Positions 1 through 13,349 of a DNA stretch of 64,000 bases are shown piece by piece. The DNA comes from Felis catus (lineage: Eukaryota): the NCBI RefSeq assembly GCF_018350175.1, contig NC_058382.1, positions 2,914,001-2,978,000 of the forward strand. Direction: 5' to 3'. Each line of letters begins with the position of its first letter. Positions within the stretch are counted from its first letter, which is position 1. A program made the translations under genes and the position numbers. Under the pieces are notes generated by a model. That model ran no database searches. It worked only from the letters and a program-made list of their open reading frames with translations, and was not told the DNA's origin.

Positions 1-1299
1 ACTGGCACAGGGAGGAGCTGTGGCCTTGGACCGCTGGCTTCACGCTTGTAAGAGGAGCAGGGTGTGAGCCCCAAGCACTTTTCCTGCGGCTGAGGCTCTG
101 AAACAGACATGCAGGCAGAGGGACCAAGAGGAAATGGTGATGCCTGCAGGGGTGGCGGCTGAGATCAGACAGGGAACTTAATGCCCTGGAGACACAGGTG
201 CGGCACACACAGGCAGGGGCTGAAGCTCAGAGGCCGGCCCACAAAGACAAAGATCCACAGGCAAGGCAACACGTGGACAGAGTTTCCTGCCCCCAACACG
301 AGAAAAGGAGCTTCGCCGCTCAAAATGCTGTGGGCACATTGTGGAACAGCTCCACTAACCCAGGGGACACGCCAGGGCTGCGAGCGTGGCCTCCCGGTGC
401 CAGTGGGGACACCCAGGGAGAACCCAGGCAGCACACGCGCCAGCACCTCATGGAAGAACTCAATCAGCTCCACCTGGCAGCCCGGCCTACTGCAACTTGG
501 CCTCGCAGCCAGCCAGACTCAGGAGGGTTTCAGCTTTTTGCCTTACCAACGTGTATAAAACCCCGGAAAAACAACCCAACCTTTCCTTAAACAAAGGTTG
601 TACCTACCCCAAGTGCGTGAGCACCTGGCAGAAAACATCTGAAAAACACCTTTCCCTGACGGTGCCAGTTAGGAGAGTGAAGACACGCGTTTCTCCTCAG
701 TATTACACTAAGGACGTTTTCACAATAGAAGAGGCGTCACTTACTAGGCACTTCACGCGTGCCAAGCCACACGCCACACGTTCGTACACGTTACCCCCAT
801 TTAACCTCAGCTCTGCCTCTCACCAGCTGAAACCTGGGAGAAGTGTTTAAACTCTTTGAGCCACTTTTCTCGTCTGCAAAAGGAAGGAAATCATCAGCAT
901 CACATGGCGATTACAAGGATCCACTTAGAAAAACTACAAAGGGCTTAACAAAGTGCCTGGCACTTGACAAGCACCCAGAGTTTAACTATCAAGGATTGTT
1001 ACTACCATCCTGGTTAATTCCAAAATCGCAGTGACAAAACAAAGAGTCAACGTACAAACCCCGACGAGACTAACACAGAAATACGGAGGCAGCACAGCTG
1101 CTGGGCAACAAAGGAGGTGTCCGAACCCAGGAACGCCCAACTCCAAAGCCCACATCACGTAGAAACAGACACCCCATGTGCGCTCTCCCCAGACGCTGTC
1201 TCCTAGGCCAGCCACCCCCGACCGACTTCTAGACAGGGTTCGCTGCGCCCCCCGTTCAGGCCTCCCAACGCGGGCAGCTTCTGCCTCAAGCCCCCCACC

Positions 1300-3800
1300 T
1301 TCGCTCTCAAAACGACCTAAAGACAGGACGAATTTTTGCAGCGCCTAACGACTGTCGTCGTCCGGACGTTCTTGCGGCCCCTGTGCTGCTTCGCACCAGC
1401 ACGACCCCACGCCTTGCTAACTCGGTACCACCGGGGGTAACGTCCCCCGCCCTCATCTCCACGGCGACCAGATTTAGGAGGCTTAATCTGTGCCCTGAGA
1501 CTGGCCCGGACACGGGGGCCGCTCTCTAGCTGGGAGGGGACAAGACGCAAACACCCCGCGACCGTCGGGACTCCCAGAAGTCCCGTGTCGGAAGCACACA
1601 CGCGTGTCCTCTCTCACGAGCCACACCGCGTCACGCTTGCCGATACCCGGGCGGGGACCCAGCCGGGCCCCACGTGAAGGGGGTTAGCAACCGCCATTTT
1701 GGAACAAAGGGGGCGTGGAGACCCGGGCCGCTGGCCCGACCGGAAGCGGAAGTGCCGGGGCAGCGGGAAATAAAGGAGGCTTTGCGGGATCTGATACCTG
1801 TAATCTTTCAGTTTAAAAAAAAAAAAAAAAAAAAAAAAGAACGGAAAAGAAGAGAATGGGGAGTCCGCGAGGGGACACCCGGCGGGTCCGCGCCGCCTCC
1901 GCCGCGGACCACGTGGGGTGTAGAACGGCGCGCGCCGCGCATGCGTCCAGGACCCGCGCCCACCGCCCCCTCCTCTCTCCTCCCCTCCCCTCCCGCGCGC
2001 GGCGGCACGCCGGGTGGTCACGTGAACCAGGCGCGCGCCACGGAGCGGTGGGGGGTGCGCAGCGCGGCCCTGAAAGGAGGGGGAAGAGAGGGGGGGAAAA
2101 TGGCGGGGGACACGGAGAGAGGCGCGGAGCCGCCCCGCCCGCCGCCCCGTGCCCCCAGCGCCCTCACCTTGCTTATTTTCGTTGAGCTGCCGCTCGAACT
2201 CGTCGAAGTCCGACATGCTGAGGCGGCCGCGTAAGGGCCCTGTGCAGCTCTGGCCTCGCCTTGCCGCCCGCCCGCTCTGGCCGCTTCGGCTACTTCCGCC
2301 GCTCGCTTCGGCTACTTCCGGCCGCCGCCGGCGCTCCGCCGCCTCCTACCTAATCAAGCCCGGGCCGCCCGCCCCGCCCCGCCCCGGCTCCGCCCCTCAC
2401 CCCGCCCGCCCGCCCGCCCACGAGGTGTCCCTCCCCCCTGCCCGAGCCTGGCTCCAAATAGCGTCGGCTATTTCCGGACCGTAGAAGAAATCGGGAGCGG
2501 CTGTTTCGGCTGATTCCGGAAACACCCGAAGCGAGGATTTCACCGGCTTCCCAGGCTATCGTAACTTTTCGGAAACTAGCTCCTCAACGTTCGGGTGTTT
2601 CCGTAGGTCCGCGCGTTCCTCTGCGCCCAGCCCCCCCCCACCCCAAGGGTTCGGCTTCTTCCGACAATTCAAACCGTCCCAGTCTTTGGCTGCTCCAGCA
2701 GATTTCCCCCGCTCTTCTCCGCTGACCCTATCGAGCTACTTCCAACAATCAATCCTAACCGTGCGGAACTTCTGCACTTTCTGTAGATTTCCAGCACTCG
2801 CTCTCGGACCCAGCCAGAGGATTAAATCCGATGCCAAGGTTCGGCTCTTTCCGGACACTGCACTCACTCGCTCCTCCCCGGCCGGAGAACTTCGGCTCCT
2901 TCCGCCACCACTTCGGGAAGGCCTCACTCCCGGGAGACAGCCTCGGTTTTTTCCGGCGGCGCTTCGGCTCCTTCCGGCTTCGGGAAGAGAAAAGGGAGGG
3001 AGGACAGAAGCGAGGTTGGTCAGGAGAAGGGATACAGAAAAAGGGCGGAGTCCCGGCTCTCTGCACCTGGCTCTCCGGGTGGGGAGAGTGGAGGAAAAGA
3101 AGGACCGATCTCGCGGAGGGCCTTAGAAGGTTGCGCGAGACAAAAGCTGCCAGCGAGGTGAAGGGTGCGCGCGGCCGCTGCGGAGGTTGCCAGCGCGGCT
3201 TTGTGCGCCTGCGCAGGTGGAAGAGGAGGGGAGCGAGATGGCCTTCTGCGCCTGCGTAGAGATCAGTCTGAGGCGAGGTTTCTCACTGTTCCGGGAGGCA
3301 AGTGGGTTCCAGAGCCCCTAGCACGCGTGCGCGAGGCTTTCCCTTCCTCCGAGAAGGGTACCGAACTCCAGACCGTTAAGCAAAGCCGCTCGCTCCTGGT
3401 TGCTGTGGCAACCGCGTCAGCGCACTTGCCCCCTCCCGCAGCGCAGGCGCAGCAGGCAACGTAGGGGGCACTTCCGGAAAGCAGTAATCTAGCACTACCG
3501 CCTCCTGGCGGGCGGACGCAGGAGCCTCCGCCCGGATGTGCAGTTTCCCTCTTCTGCGGTCGCTCCTGCCAGCGGTCATTGAGTCCCCGTCTCCTGCCCC
3601 AGCGCCTCTAGTCGAGATAGGCCCGCGGGTGGTGTTGACGCCTCCCTTCCCGAGCTCTGCCCCTCCAAGTTCCCTGGGGCACAGCTGCTTTTGCTCCTCC
3701 CGGCCCTCCCTCCGGGGGTGCTAATTACACCCTGTCTCCCCAACCTCCGGGTTCCTGCCTGACCGCCCGCTCCTCGGAGCTCCCCGGAGCCCCCGTCACG
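1300..3800. promoter_or_regulatory. U2AF2 CpG-island promoter / 5' region
   Basis: CpG-dense. Contains GC boxes (2365-2420), NRF1 TGCGCCTGCGCA (3204-3215), an RFX X-box-like GTTGCTGTGGCAAC (3399-3412) and many ETS cores (CCGGAA). Confidence 0.85.
2168..2216 (-). CDS. U2AF2: U2AF2 (U2AF65) coding exon 1; rest of gene lies left of the window
   Basis: Minus strand reads MSDFDEFERQLNENKQ+G (49 nt), then donor AAG|GTGAGG. This matches the recalled U2AF65 N-terminus. The rest of the 200-aa ORF is intron read-through. Confidence 0.97.
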
Positions 3801-3846
3801 GTCTCCGAGGCAACGGCCACCCCCTCCAAGAAGAGACCGGGCCTCC

Positions 3847-3852
3847 TTTATT
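3847..3852 (-). terminator. Poly(A) signal AATAAA, probable CCDC106 3' end
   Basis: Plus-strand TTTATT in an AT-rich patch about 580 nt downstream of the CCDC106 stop. Confidence 0.7.
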
Positions 3853-4431
3853 CCAAATTTTATCTTCTCTCTTTAATTTAAATTCTCTGAATAATTCTTT
3901 CTCACGTAGACTCGGGGCAGTCCGGGATGTGGATGGGGAGCTCCTGGCAGAGTGGGCCAGCCTCTCCTCGGGGCTGAGGATTGACACGGGGTATGTACAG
4001 GGCCCGGCCCCGCAGAGAGTCTCGCAGTCCTCCCACCCCCTCCTCCACGAGGAAGGGCCCGGTGAGGGCAGGACGGTGCAGCTCACGGGGGAGGAGTGCC
4101 CACGTTCAGGAAAGCGCAGACACCGACCCCCTGGGCAGTAGCTCTTGGGAGACTGGCTAACTGGAACTCCTCCCCAGGGGATGCAGAGGAAGGGGAGGAT
4201 GCTAGGAACGTGAGAGGCAAGGAGGGAGTCAGATCTACATACAAGGGACCCGGGGCAGGAGTGGGGATCTGCAGGACGAGGGGAGGCGAACGCAGAAACA
4301 CGCCGCCCGCCCACCCCCCAGGCCCTCTGGAGGAGCACACCACTCATGCACACGCTTGCCACTGCCAGGAGGGGCAGAGGAGGGAGGGACGTGGGGGCCG
4401 AAGGGCGTGTCCCGGGCCAGGTGGGGCAGAA

Positions 4432-5636
<1,205 letters not shown>

Positions 5637-6341
5637 TCAGGAGAGTCTCTGTGGGACCTCCAGAAGAGTAGACTAGAAATCCAAGAAGCAAGACCCTGGT
5701 TGGGGAAGAGGTTTCAGACCCTGAGAGAAATCCCAGGCTCTGGGTCTAGTGCGCTGGGAAAGTCAGGCACCCACCTTCACCTGGACAGTGTGAGCATCTG
5801 AGGCTCTGATGCAGGGGCCACCACCACAAGGTGGGCTGGGGGGACATCCAGTATTGGGGTTCTCACCAAGAAAATTCAGAGGCCCTTGGGCCAAACATCC
5901 TGGATAGGTTCCCATCAGCAACCCAGGCCACAGGGAGTTCCAAACCAGAGAGATCCTCAATAACACAGGTGTTGGGGGGGGGGGGGACCAGACCCCTTGC
6001 CCAAAGTGTCAGGTGTGAATCACAGGGGAATACGGGGTCCTGCGAGGAAGCCAGTTAGGAGCTGAACATCATGAGGAAAGGAACAGAAGTTGTACTCTCC
6101 AAAAATAGGAGCTAAATGTTGGGAAAGGAAAGCCCTGACTATCTGGGGCAAGGGATGGCCACAGGGTCTTGCCCATCAGCAGAAGCAGGAATCAAGCATG
6201 AAGGAAGCTGGGCTTGGGGTCCTGGAGACCACCACGAAGTAAGAAGGAGATAACGATGCCAGGTCCCCACTGGGCCACCAAAAGGAAGGGTGTAGGTGCG
6301 GAGGGTCCCATATCCCCAGGAAGGGCCGGAGCTGGGTGTCA

Positions 6342-6951
<610 letters not shown>

Positions 6952-7299
6952 TCAGGTGGACCCGGGCAGCTAAGCGCCTCAGGGGCACTGGACAGAAACG
7001 GCAGCCACAGATGGAGGGACATCCCGCGGGAGGTGGGGCCCAACTCCTTAGGGCTGGGGAAATGGGGGTGCTGAAGGCTGGGACTCCTGGGTCTGAGGGA
7101 GGAGGGGACCCATACCCTCAGGACCGAGCGGGGACACCCGGGGTTTCAAACTCCAGGGCTCCCAGGGAATGAGGGGGCTGGGAACCCAGACCCCGGGCTA
7201 CTGAGGGAAGGAGGAGTGGGTTCCCCGCGGGGTCGACAGAGCGGACACATCCTGGCCCGAATGGGTCGGACCCTCATCACAGGTCACCTCGGGGCCAAA

Positions 7300-8060
7300 A
7301 GAGGCGAGAGGTGCGGGGGGGAGGAGACCGTGCCCCAACTTCCAGGCATAGGGTGGGGGTCCGGCCCACGCGAGCGCCTTCCCACGCCCCTCCCCCGCAC
7401 TCGTGTGGGCGAACAGGGCCCCTCCCCCGTGGTGGAGGGGGCGGGGCGCGTGCGCAGTGCGGGGGAAGGTCACGCGTGGGGATGCGCCCCCGCCCCCGCC
7501 CTTTGTCCCCCGGGTGGGAGGGGGAGCGATGTTGCCAGGGGGTCGCAGCGGGAGATGCGCTAGGCCGCGGGTGCTGATGTGGCCACCATCCCCCCGCCCG
7601 CAGGTGCCCGGGGTCGGAGGGGCCAGGCCCCGCGCTCACCCACCCGCGCGCGGAATCCGGCCAGGGGACCGACGGCGGCGGCGCCCATGCCCGGCGCCGG
7701 GGAGCGTCTGCAAAGTGTCGCGGGGAGTGGAGGGAAGCGCCCACCCGCCGCGGGCGGGGCGGCAGAGGCCCCGAGTGTACGGGCGGGGTGGCGAGTCGGA
7801 GGGGCGGGCAGGGACGCCGGCGCTCGCTCGGCCCGCGGGTCGTTGCGCTTCTGCGGGAGTCTCCGGCCCCAGGTGAGGCCCGCCGTTTGCGGCAAAGGCC
7901 CGGGCTGCACTTGCGTGACGGCCCCTTGTCGCGCTACCCCGCCCTCCGCGAAGCCTAGGCAGGGAATGTCAAGAAACTCCCAATTCCTGGAGAGCAGCAG
8001 GTTCCGGGGGTCCCCGGAGTGGATGGCGACGCACGGAGTGGGGCCCGGGAAAGGGAAGGA
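7300..8060. promoter_or_regulatory. CCDC106 CpG-island promoter with non-coding first exon (donor near 7639)
   Basis: CpG-rich with GC boxes; minus-strand donor GG|GTGAGC at about 7639. Confidence 0.75.
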
Positions 8061-8677
8061 GACAACCAGGAAAGTTGAATTGCCGGGAGAATCCTTTTAA
8101 ACGAAACCCTGGGAACTGGCCATATGGATCCCCGCAACCCGCCACTTCACCCACCGTGTGTGCACCACCATTACAGCCCGACCACACGGTTCCCAGGCCG
8201 GGAGGAGGGGGGCGGGGATCTGGAACACCACCACCACTAGCCCCGTGGTAGTGATTACGAGCTGGTTTTGGAACATTCCCACCCAATCTTGGCCGCTCCT
8301 CCCCCAAACCCCACTCAGTTTACTCACCTGCAAAGTGGGGAGATTATGATCCCTTTTAGGTTCGTTGTGAGGATGTACTGATATGGTGCTGGCAAAACGC
8401 TCAGCCCAGCGCCTGGCCATAGTCTAGGCCCAACAGCGGGGCGCTGTTAGTGTTATTTGAGGTCAGACAGTGGGAGGCTCTTTCCCTCTCTGGGGAGTGG
8501 AGATGGCTAATTTGTTCTTCCACCCAAAAAGAGGTCGGAAGAAGAAATGAGGCCCAGCACAGTGCCTGGCACAAAACAGACGCGCAAAGAAAATTCATTA
8601 AGAAGGCAGATGTTTATTCGGCTTCCAGCCTCTCCTCCCAGTCACCAGTTGCTACTGGACTTTTCATTTCCTTTTTC

Positions 8678-8709
<32 letters not shown>

Positions 8710-9455
8710 GCTACTGGAATTTTGGCCAGCTCTATGAGAGCAGGGCTGTAACCTTGCAGGAGAATTTAAAGGTCTGCACCATTTAGAAAGCTGTGGCCAC
8801 ACTCCTCTCCTACCTGCTTCACATCATAGATAAACTGTAGCCTGGGTCAAAACGTCCAGGGGGAGTTACCTGCCCTAGATAGGTATTTTGCAAACTACAG
8901 GTTCATGGGCAGGGAATTCAATATAGTAGAATGGAATTAGCAAAAAGGAAAAAAGTTAATTGCATGTGGCAGAAATTTAAGTACTGCTGAACTTTTGTTG
9001 CACATATATTTTGTGTATGTTTACTGGGTTGCCATATAAAATGTGTTTCTTACAGGAGATCCTAGCTTTAAGGAAAAAAAGGTTTAACAACACTTTACCT
9101 AGATGACACCCTTTGTGAGGGGTCAAGCTAGGACTGATCCCAGTGCAGAAGGCCAACCTTCCCATCCCCAGCCAGCCAAGCCAAGCACTGTGCGGATGCA
9201 CTTGGGATGACCCAAGTGAAATGCTCAGCCCAGCACCTGGCCACAGGCGACGCTCAAGATCCAGGGCGCTGTTAGTGTTATTTGAGGTCAGGCAGTGGGA
9301 AGCTCTTTCCCTCTCTGGAGAGTAGACATGGCCGATTTGTTCTTCTGCCCAAGAAGAGGTGGGCCAGGCACTTGCTGAGTCTCCCTGCTGGGCAGCAGGC
9401 AGGCCAAACCGCTGTGCCCAAAAACAAATCTCAAGTGCTCAAAATGGGAAAGGTG

Positions 9456-9461
9456 TTTATT
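9456..9461 (-). terminator. Poly(A) signal AATAAA, probable ZNF581 3' end
   Basis: TTTATT on the plus strand about 415 nt past the ZNF581 stop. Confidence 0.65.
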
Positions 9462-9874
9462 GGGTGTCCAGTCTCAAGTCCTGGCTGGGGGGATGCAAGG
9501 CAGGTCTGGGGCCCCTTCCCCCAGCATCAACAAGGGGGCGTCAGGAAGCTGGTGCAGATGCTTGATGGCTCCCAACCACGATTTTCAGGCTGGAGGATTT
9601 TCACACATAGCACTGTCTCCTGGGCACCTGGTCAGGCTCAGCCTGAGGCTCCACCCTAGGAAGGTAAGGTCTCCTTTCCACCTTTATCTCCAAAGTATCC
9701 AAAGGCTACTCAGGGGCTCCTCCTTCAGGCAGGGCTTGGCCTTTGCAGGAAGTGTGTCTGTGTCTGTGTCCAGGGCTGCAACCCAGCCTTCCGCACTGGC
9801 CACGTGTCTGAGGGCCACGAGAGTCCGGGCTCCCCCCAGAACCCCATGGCACCTGGGGAACCCGGCAGCCCGGC

Positions 9875-10471
9875 TCATGGATGCTTCCACCGAGTGTGCT
9901 TCTGCAGGGTGTTCTGCTCCATAAATCGGCGCGGGCAGTGTGGGCACTGAAACGGGCGCTCCCCGGAGTGGACCCGGCTGTGCTGGGCCAGCTCACCGGC
10001 CTCACGGAAGCGTCGAGGGCAGAGCGGGCAGCCATGGGGTCGCCCGCCACCAGCCCGGTGAATGGAGTGGTGCCGAGCCAGGTGGCTGGCCCGCTTGAAT
10101 GCCTTCCCACAGGTGTCACACTCAAAGGGCTTCACCTCCGAGTGGGTGATGCTGTGTCGCTGCAGGTATGACATGTACTCGAAGACCCGGGAGCACACGG
10201 GGCAGCTGTAGCACTTTTTCTGAGCTGAAGCCCCATCTGCCCCGGGCTCTCTCTCAGACTCCTGGTCCACCAGCACGGTGTACGGGATGCCCTGGGTGTC
10301 AATAAGCAGGTAGTGGTTGGGCCTCGGAGGGGAGGAAGGCTGGGGAGGTCCTGTGGAGGAGGAAGGTCCGGGTTCTGGGGACCTGCCTGTCCGAGAAGGA
10401 GGGGCCTCCATGGCCTCTGCGGAGGGAAGCGCCAGGGGCTGCGGGCAGGGGGGCGACGGCAACACCAGCAT
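9875..10471 (-). CDS. ZNF581: Zinc finger protein 581 (4 C2H2 fingers, single coding exon)
   Basis: 198-aa [11 protein letters not shown]...[15 protein letters not shown]...HTRWKHP matching recalled ZNF581; splice acceptor at 10491/10490. Confidence 0.96.
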   Translation of the reverse strand: MLVLPSPPCPQPLALPSAEAMEAPPSRTGRSPEPGPSSSTGPPQPSSPPRPNHYLLIDTQGIPYTVLVDQESEREPGADGASAQKKCYSCPVCSRVFEYMSYLQRHSITHSEVKPFECDTCGKAFKRASHLARHHSIHRAGGGRPHGCPLCPRRFREAGELAQHSRVHSGERPFQCPHCPRRFMEQNTLQKHTRWKHP

Positions 10472-10999
10472 CCGGAGGGGTGGCTGAGGCCTGGGGGACG
10501 GGAGAGAGGATGAGATAACACAGACGAGGGAAGCTCAGGGGCACCAGCTCCGTTCCTTCACCTTCTGTGTGCCCTGCCCAGAACTTCTGCACCCCCCAAC
10601 CTCCGTCACTGCTCCAGTCCTTCTGCCCTGGACTCTACGACCTTCTGTGAACCTTCTACCGTCTCCGTCGTAGGAAAGCCTCTTCTGTCCTGTTCCATCA
10701 CCCACTGTAAACACAGGCACAAGCAGGTCCTCGCTCTAACTTCCCTAGTCGTACCCTCCTCCGGTCACTAGGTGCCCCTCTACTCTGGCCACCAGCAGGG
10801 CTTCTCTACTACCCCCCACCCCCCACCCCGTAGACCTGCAGGTCTCTCCTTCTCTAAGCTCCTGACCCAGGTCTGGGTGTTAGCCCATCCTATCACTCCG
10901 CCCAGGAGTGTTTTCTACCCATTCTGTATTCGCCTAAGCTCCAAGGCCCCCAGGTCCTGACCCACCGTCCAACAACCTCCCTGGACACCCCTAAGCCCC

Positions 11000-11580
11000 C
11001 CTTCCTAGCTCGGCTACCGGCAGATTCTTTCCAGTCCACGCCCATCCACTGCCTCCCCCCCCCCCCCAGGTTCTCTCTAGATCCCGGCGCTCTCTAGGGC
11101 TCCACCCCCGACCCGCGGCCCGGCCTCCGAGCCTTTCTCGGCGAGCTCGCAGCCATGCCCTCCCGAGCCCCCGCGGCGGCCCCGCCCCGTTCGGCGCACA
11201 GGTCCCCGCTCCTGGCCCCGCCCCTCTCCGCGGCCCGCTCCCTGCTCCCTCCCGCCTCCCGGCCCCCGTACCCGGTGCAGCAGCCTCTCGGGTCCGGGCG
11301 ACTCCGGAACGGCCCCGGGCTACCCCCGTGGTCGCAAGTGATGGCGGGGCGGGCGCCTCTGGGTGTCCCCCGGGAGCTGGTAGCACCGGTAACAGGAGAG
11401 AGGACCGGGGCCCAGAGAAGAGGGTCCAGGGGAGGAAGGTGGGGGCGGGGCGCCTGGGCCTTCGGGAAACGGATTCGGCCAGAAACACACGCCGAGAGGA
11501 AGGTTCCCGGGTGCTAACGGTCCGGGCCGCCCCCTCCCACCCTGCCGCCCACCCGCCGCCCCTCCACACACACACGCAAA
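11000..11580 (-). promoter_or_regulatory. ZNF581 CpG promoter and non-coding exon 1 (donor at 11271)
   Basis: CpG-rich; minus-strand CGG|GTACGG donor pairs with the acceptor at 10491 (781-nt intron). Confidence 0.65.
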
Positions 11581-11608
11581 TAAAAGCCCTGAAGTGGAGT
11601 GTGGAATG

Positions 11609-11614
11609 TTTATT
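11609..11614 (-). terminator. Poly(A) signal AATAAA, probable ZNF580 3' end
   Basis: TTTATT on the plus strand about 400 nt past the ZNF580 stop, followed on the minus strand by a GT-rich element. Confidence 0.7.
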
Positions 11615-12009
11615 GAGTAAGGGGTGAGGGTTGTGGGTGGGAAGGGGGATATACAGAAACGAGCCAGACCGCGCCGTGCTCTTTTGTCAAATCTTCCGCG
11701 CAGACAACCGTTCACCGCCTCAGAGGAGCGGAAGCCCAAGCCTCAGAGAGGTCGCGTCACTTGCAGAGGCTCACACAGCACAGCTGGGCCGGAACCCAGC
11801 TCAGAGGCTGGCTCCCAGGCCCAGGGAGGGGCAACGACTTGGTCTACATCACACAGCTAGACAGGAAGGTAAGGAAGGAACGGTGTTTCTCCCCTTGGAC
11901 AGATGGAGAAACTGAGGCCCAGGGTAAGGCAGTAACCTCAGAGAGGCAGGGAGCGTGTGTGGGAGCGACGCTGTGTGGCTCGCGAGGCCCGGGGGCCCGG
12001 GTCGGGGCC

Positions 12010-12528
12010 TCAGTGCAGGCGCACGTGCTGCGCCAGCTCCGCGGCGTCCTGGAAGCGGCGCGGGCACAGCGGGCAGGTGTGCGGCGGGCCTGCGCGCGCG
12101 CNNNNNNNNNNNNNNNNNNNNNNNNNNNNNNNNNNNNNNNNNNNNNNNNNNNNNNNNNNNNNNNNNNNNNNNNNNNNNNNNNNNNNNNNNNNNNNNNNNN
12201 NNNNNNNNNNNNNNNNNNNNNNNNNNNNNNNNNNNNNNNNNNNNNNNNNNNNNNNNNNNNNNNNNNNNNNNNNTTCTCCCGGCGCCGCCTCGCGCTGGGG
12301 CGGGCCCCGGGGCTCCTCCTCCAGCTGCACCGTGTAAGTGTAGGGGACCCCGTTGGCGTCGATGAGCAGGTGGCGGCCGAGCCGCGGGGGTCGGGGCCCT
12401 GCCGCCGAGGATGGAGTGGAGGAAGGGCCTTCCGTCTTGGGGAAAGGGGGAGCCTTGGGGGGCGGTGGGTCCATGGCCTCTGGGGAGGAGGACCGAGGGT
12501 GGGGCGGCCGAGGCGGCAGCAGCAGCAT
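12010..12528 (-). CDS. ZNF580: Zinc finger protein 580 (middle hidden by N-gap 12102-12273)
   Basis: MLLLPPRPPHPRSSSPEAMDPPPPK...[23 protein letters not shown], 172 aa across the gap. An acceptor at 12541/12540 excludes the upstream ATG at 12600. Confidence 0.95.
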   Translation of the reverse strand: MLLLPPRPPHPRSSSPEAMDPPPPKAPPFPKTEGPSSTPSSAAGPRPPRLGRHLLIDANGVPYTYTVQLEEEPRGPPQREAAPGEXXXXXXXXXXXXXXXXXXXXXXXXXXXXXXXXXXXXXXXXXXXXXXXXXXXXXXXXXXARAGPPHTCPLCPRRFQDAAELAQHVRLH

Positions 12529-13349
12529 CTGGGGTGTCAGCTGGGAGCAGTGGAGGGGAGAGAAATTAAAATCGCCGCTTCCTGGAGGAAGTGTCCCCAT
12601 TATTACTGCTTGTCATGCCCTCTGCACCACTGACCTACCTCTCCTGCAAAACAGAAACCGACTCTAGGCCAGACCGCGTGTTCCATCAAGCCGCTTCCAG
12701 GACACCTCCAACTGGGCCGGGCACATCCCTGCCTCTCTCCTCCTGCTGCTTCCTCTCAGCCCCCGAGCCGCACCAGAGGCCTCCATCCCGCCCCTTGCCT
12801 TCCCCGCAACTCCCCCACAGCCTGCAGGTCTCCAAGTCGGCCTCCTGTCTTCACACCTCCGTGGCCTCTTTTATTTCTAACGGGTCCTCCCTCCTCTTCC
12901 CAGGCCCAGGTGGGGGCACCAGGGTCCCTGGAAGGCCTGCCCACCTCTGGACACGCCCGTGGCCTCGCTTCGCTCCCTTTCTTGGTGCGGGTCCAGAACG
13001 CCACTAACACAGTTCCCCGCTTTCCACTCTGGGCTTCTCTACGGTCCCGCACTTAACCCTGCACGTAATCCCCCCCCACCCCCAAGTCTCAACGCCCTCA
13101 CCCCTGCCTAACCCATTGTCTGCAGTTCGTGTACACATCCCTAGGACGCCTCGACCGCCTGCCTCCTGTGCGCCCCACACCCTGAACCCTGCTACCATCT
13201 AAGCCCCCACCCCCACGCCCCATCCTTGTTTGTTCTGTCTTTACCCTTCAGGGCCTCCTCCTACTCCCCGCTGCTCTGACCTGGGCCCCCGAGCCCCCTT
13301 CCCCCTCCTCTCCGTGAGCATCTGGCACCTCTGTTACTCCATCCCTGCA

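Noticed and set aside
1614-2167. Remainder of the 200-aa ORF beginning at the U2AF2 ATG
   Set aside because: Read-through past the exon-1 donor into a GC-rich intron; low-complexity product including a poly-Phe from the T-run.
3455-3472. CTCF-like sequence between the CCDC106 end and the U2AF2 promoter (also about 49751)
   Set aside because: Partial matches are common in GC-rich DNA; not supportable without ChIP data.
12529-12600. Upstream in-frame ATG extending ZNF580
   Set aside because: Lies upstream of the splice acceptor at 12541, in the intron.
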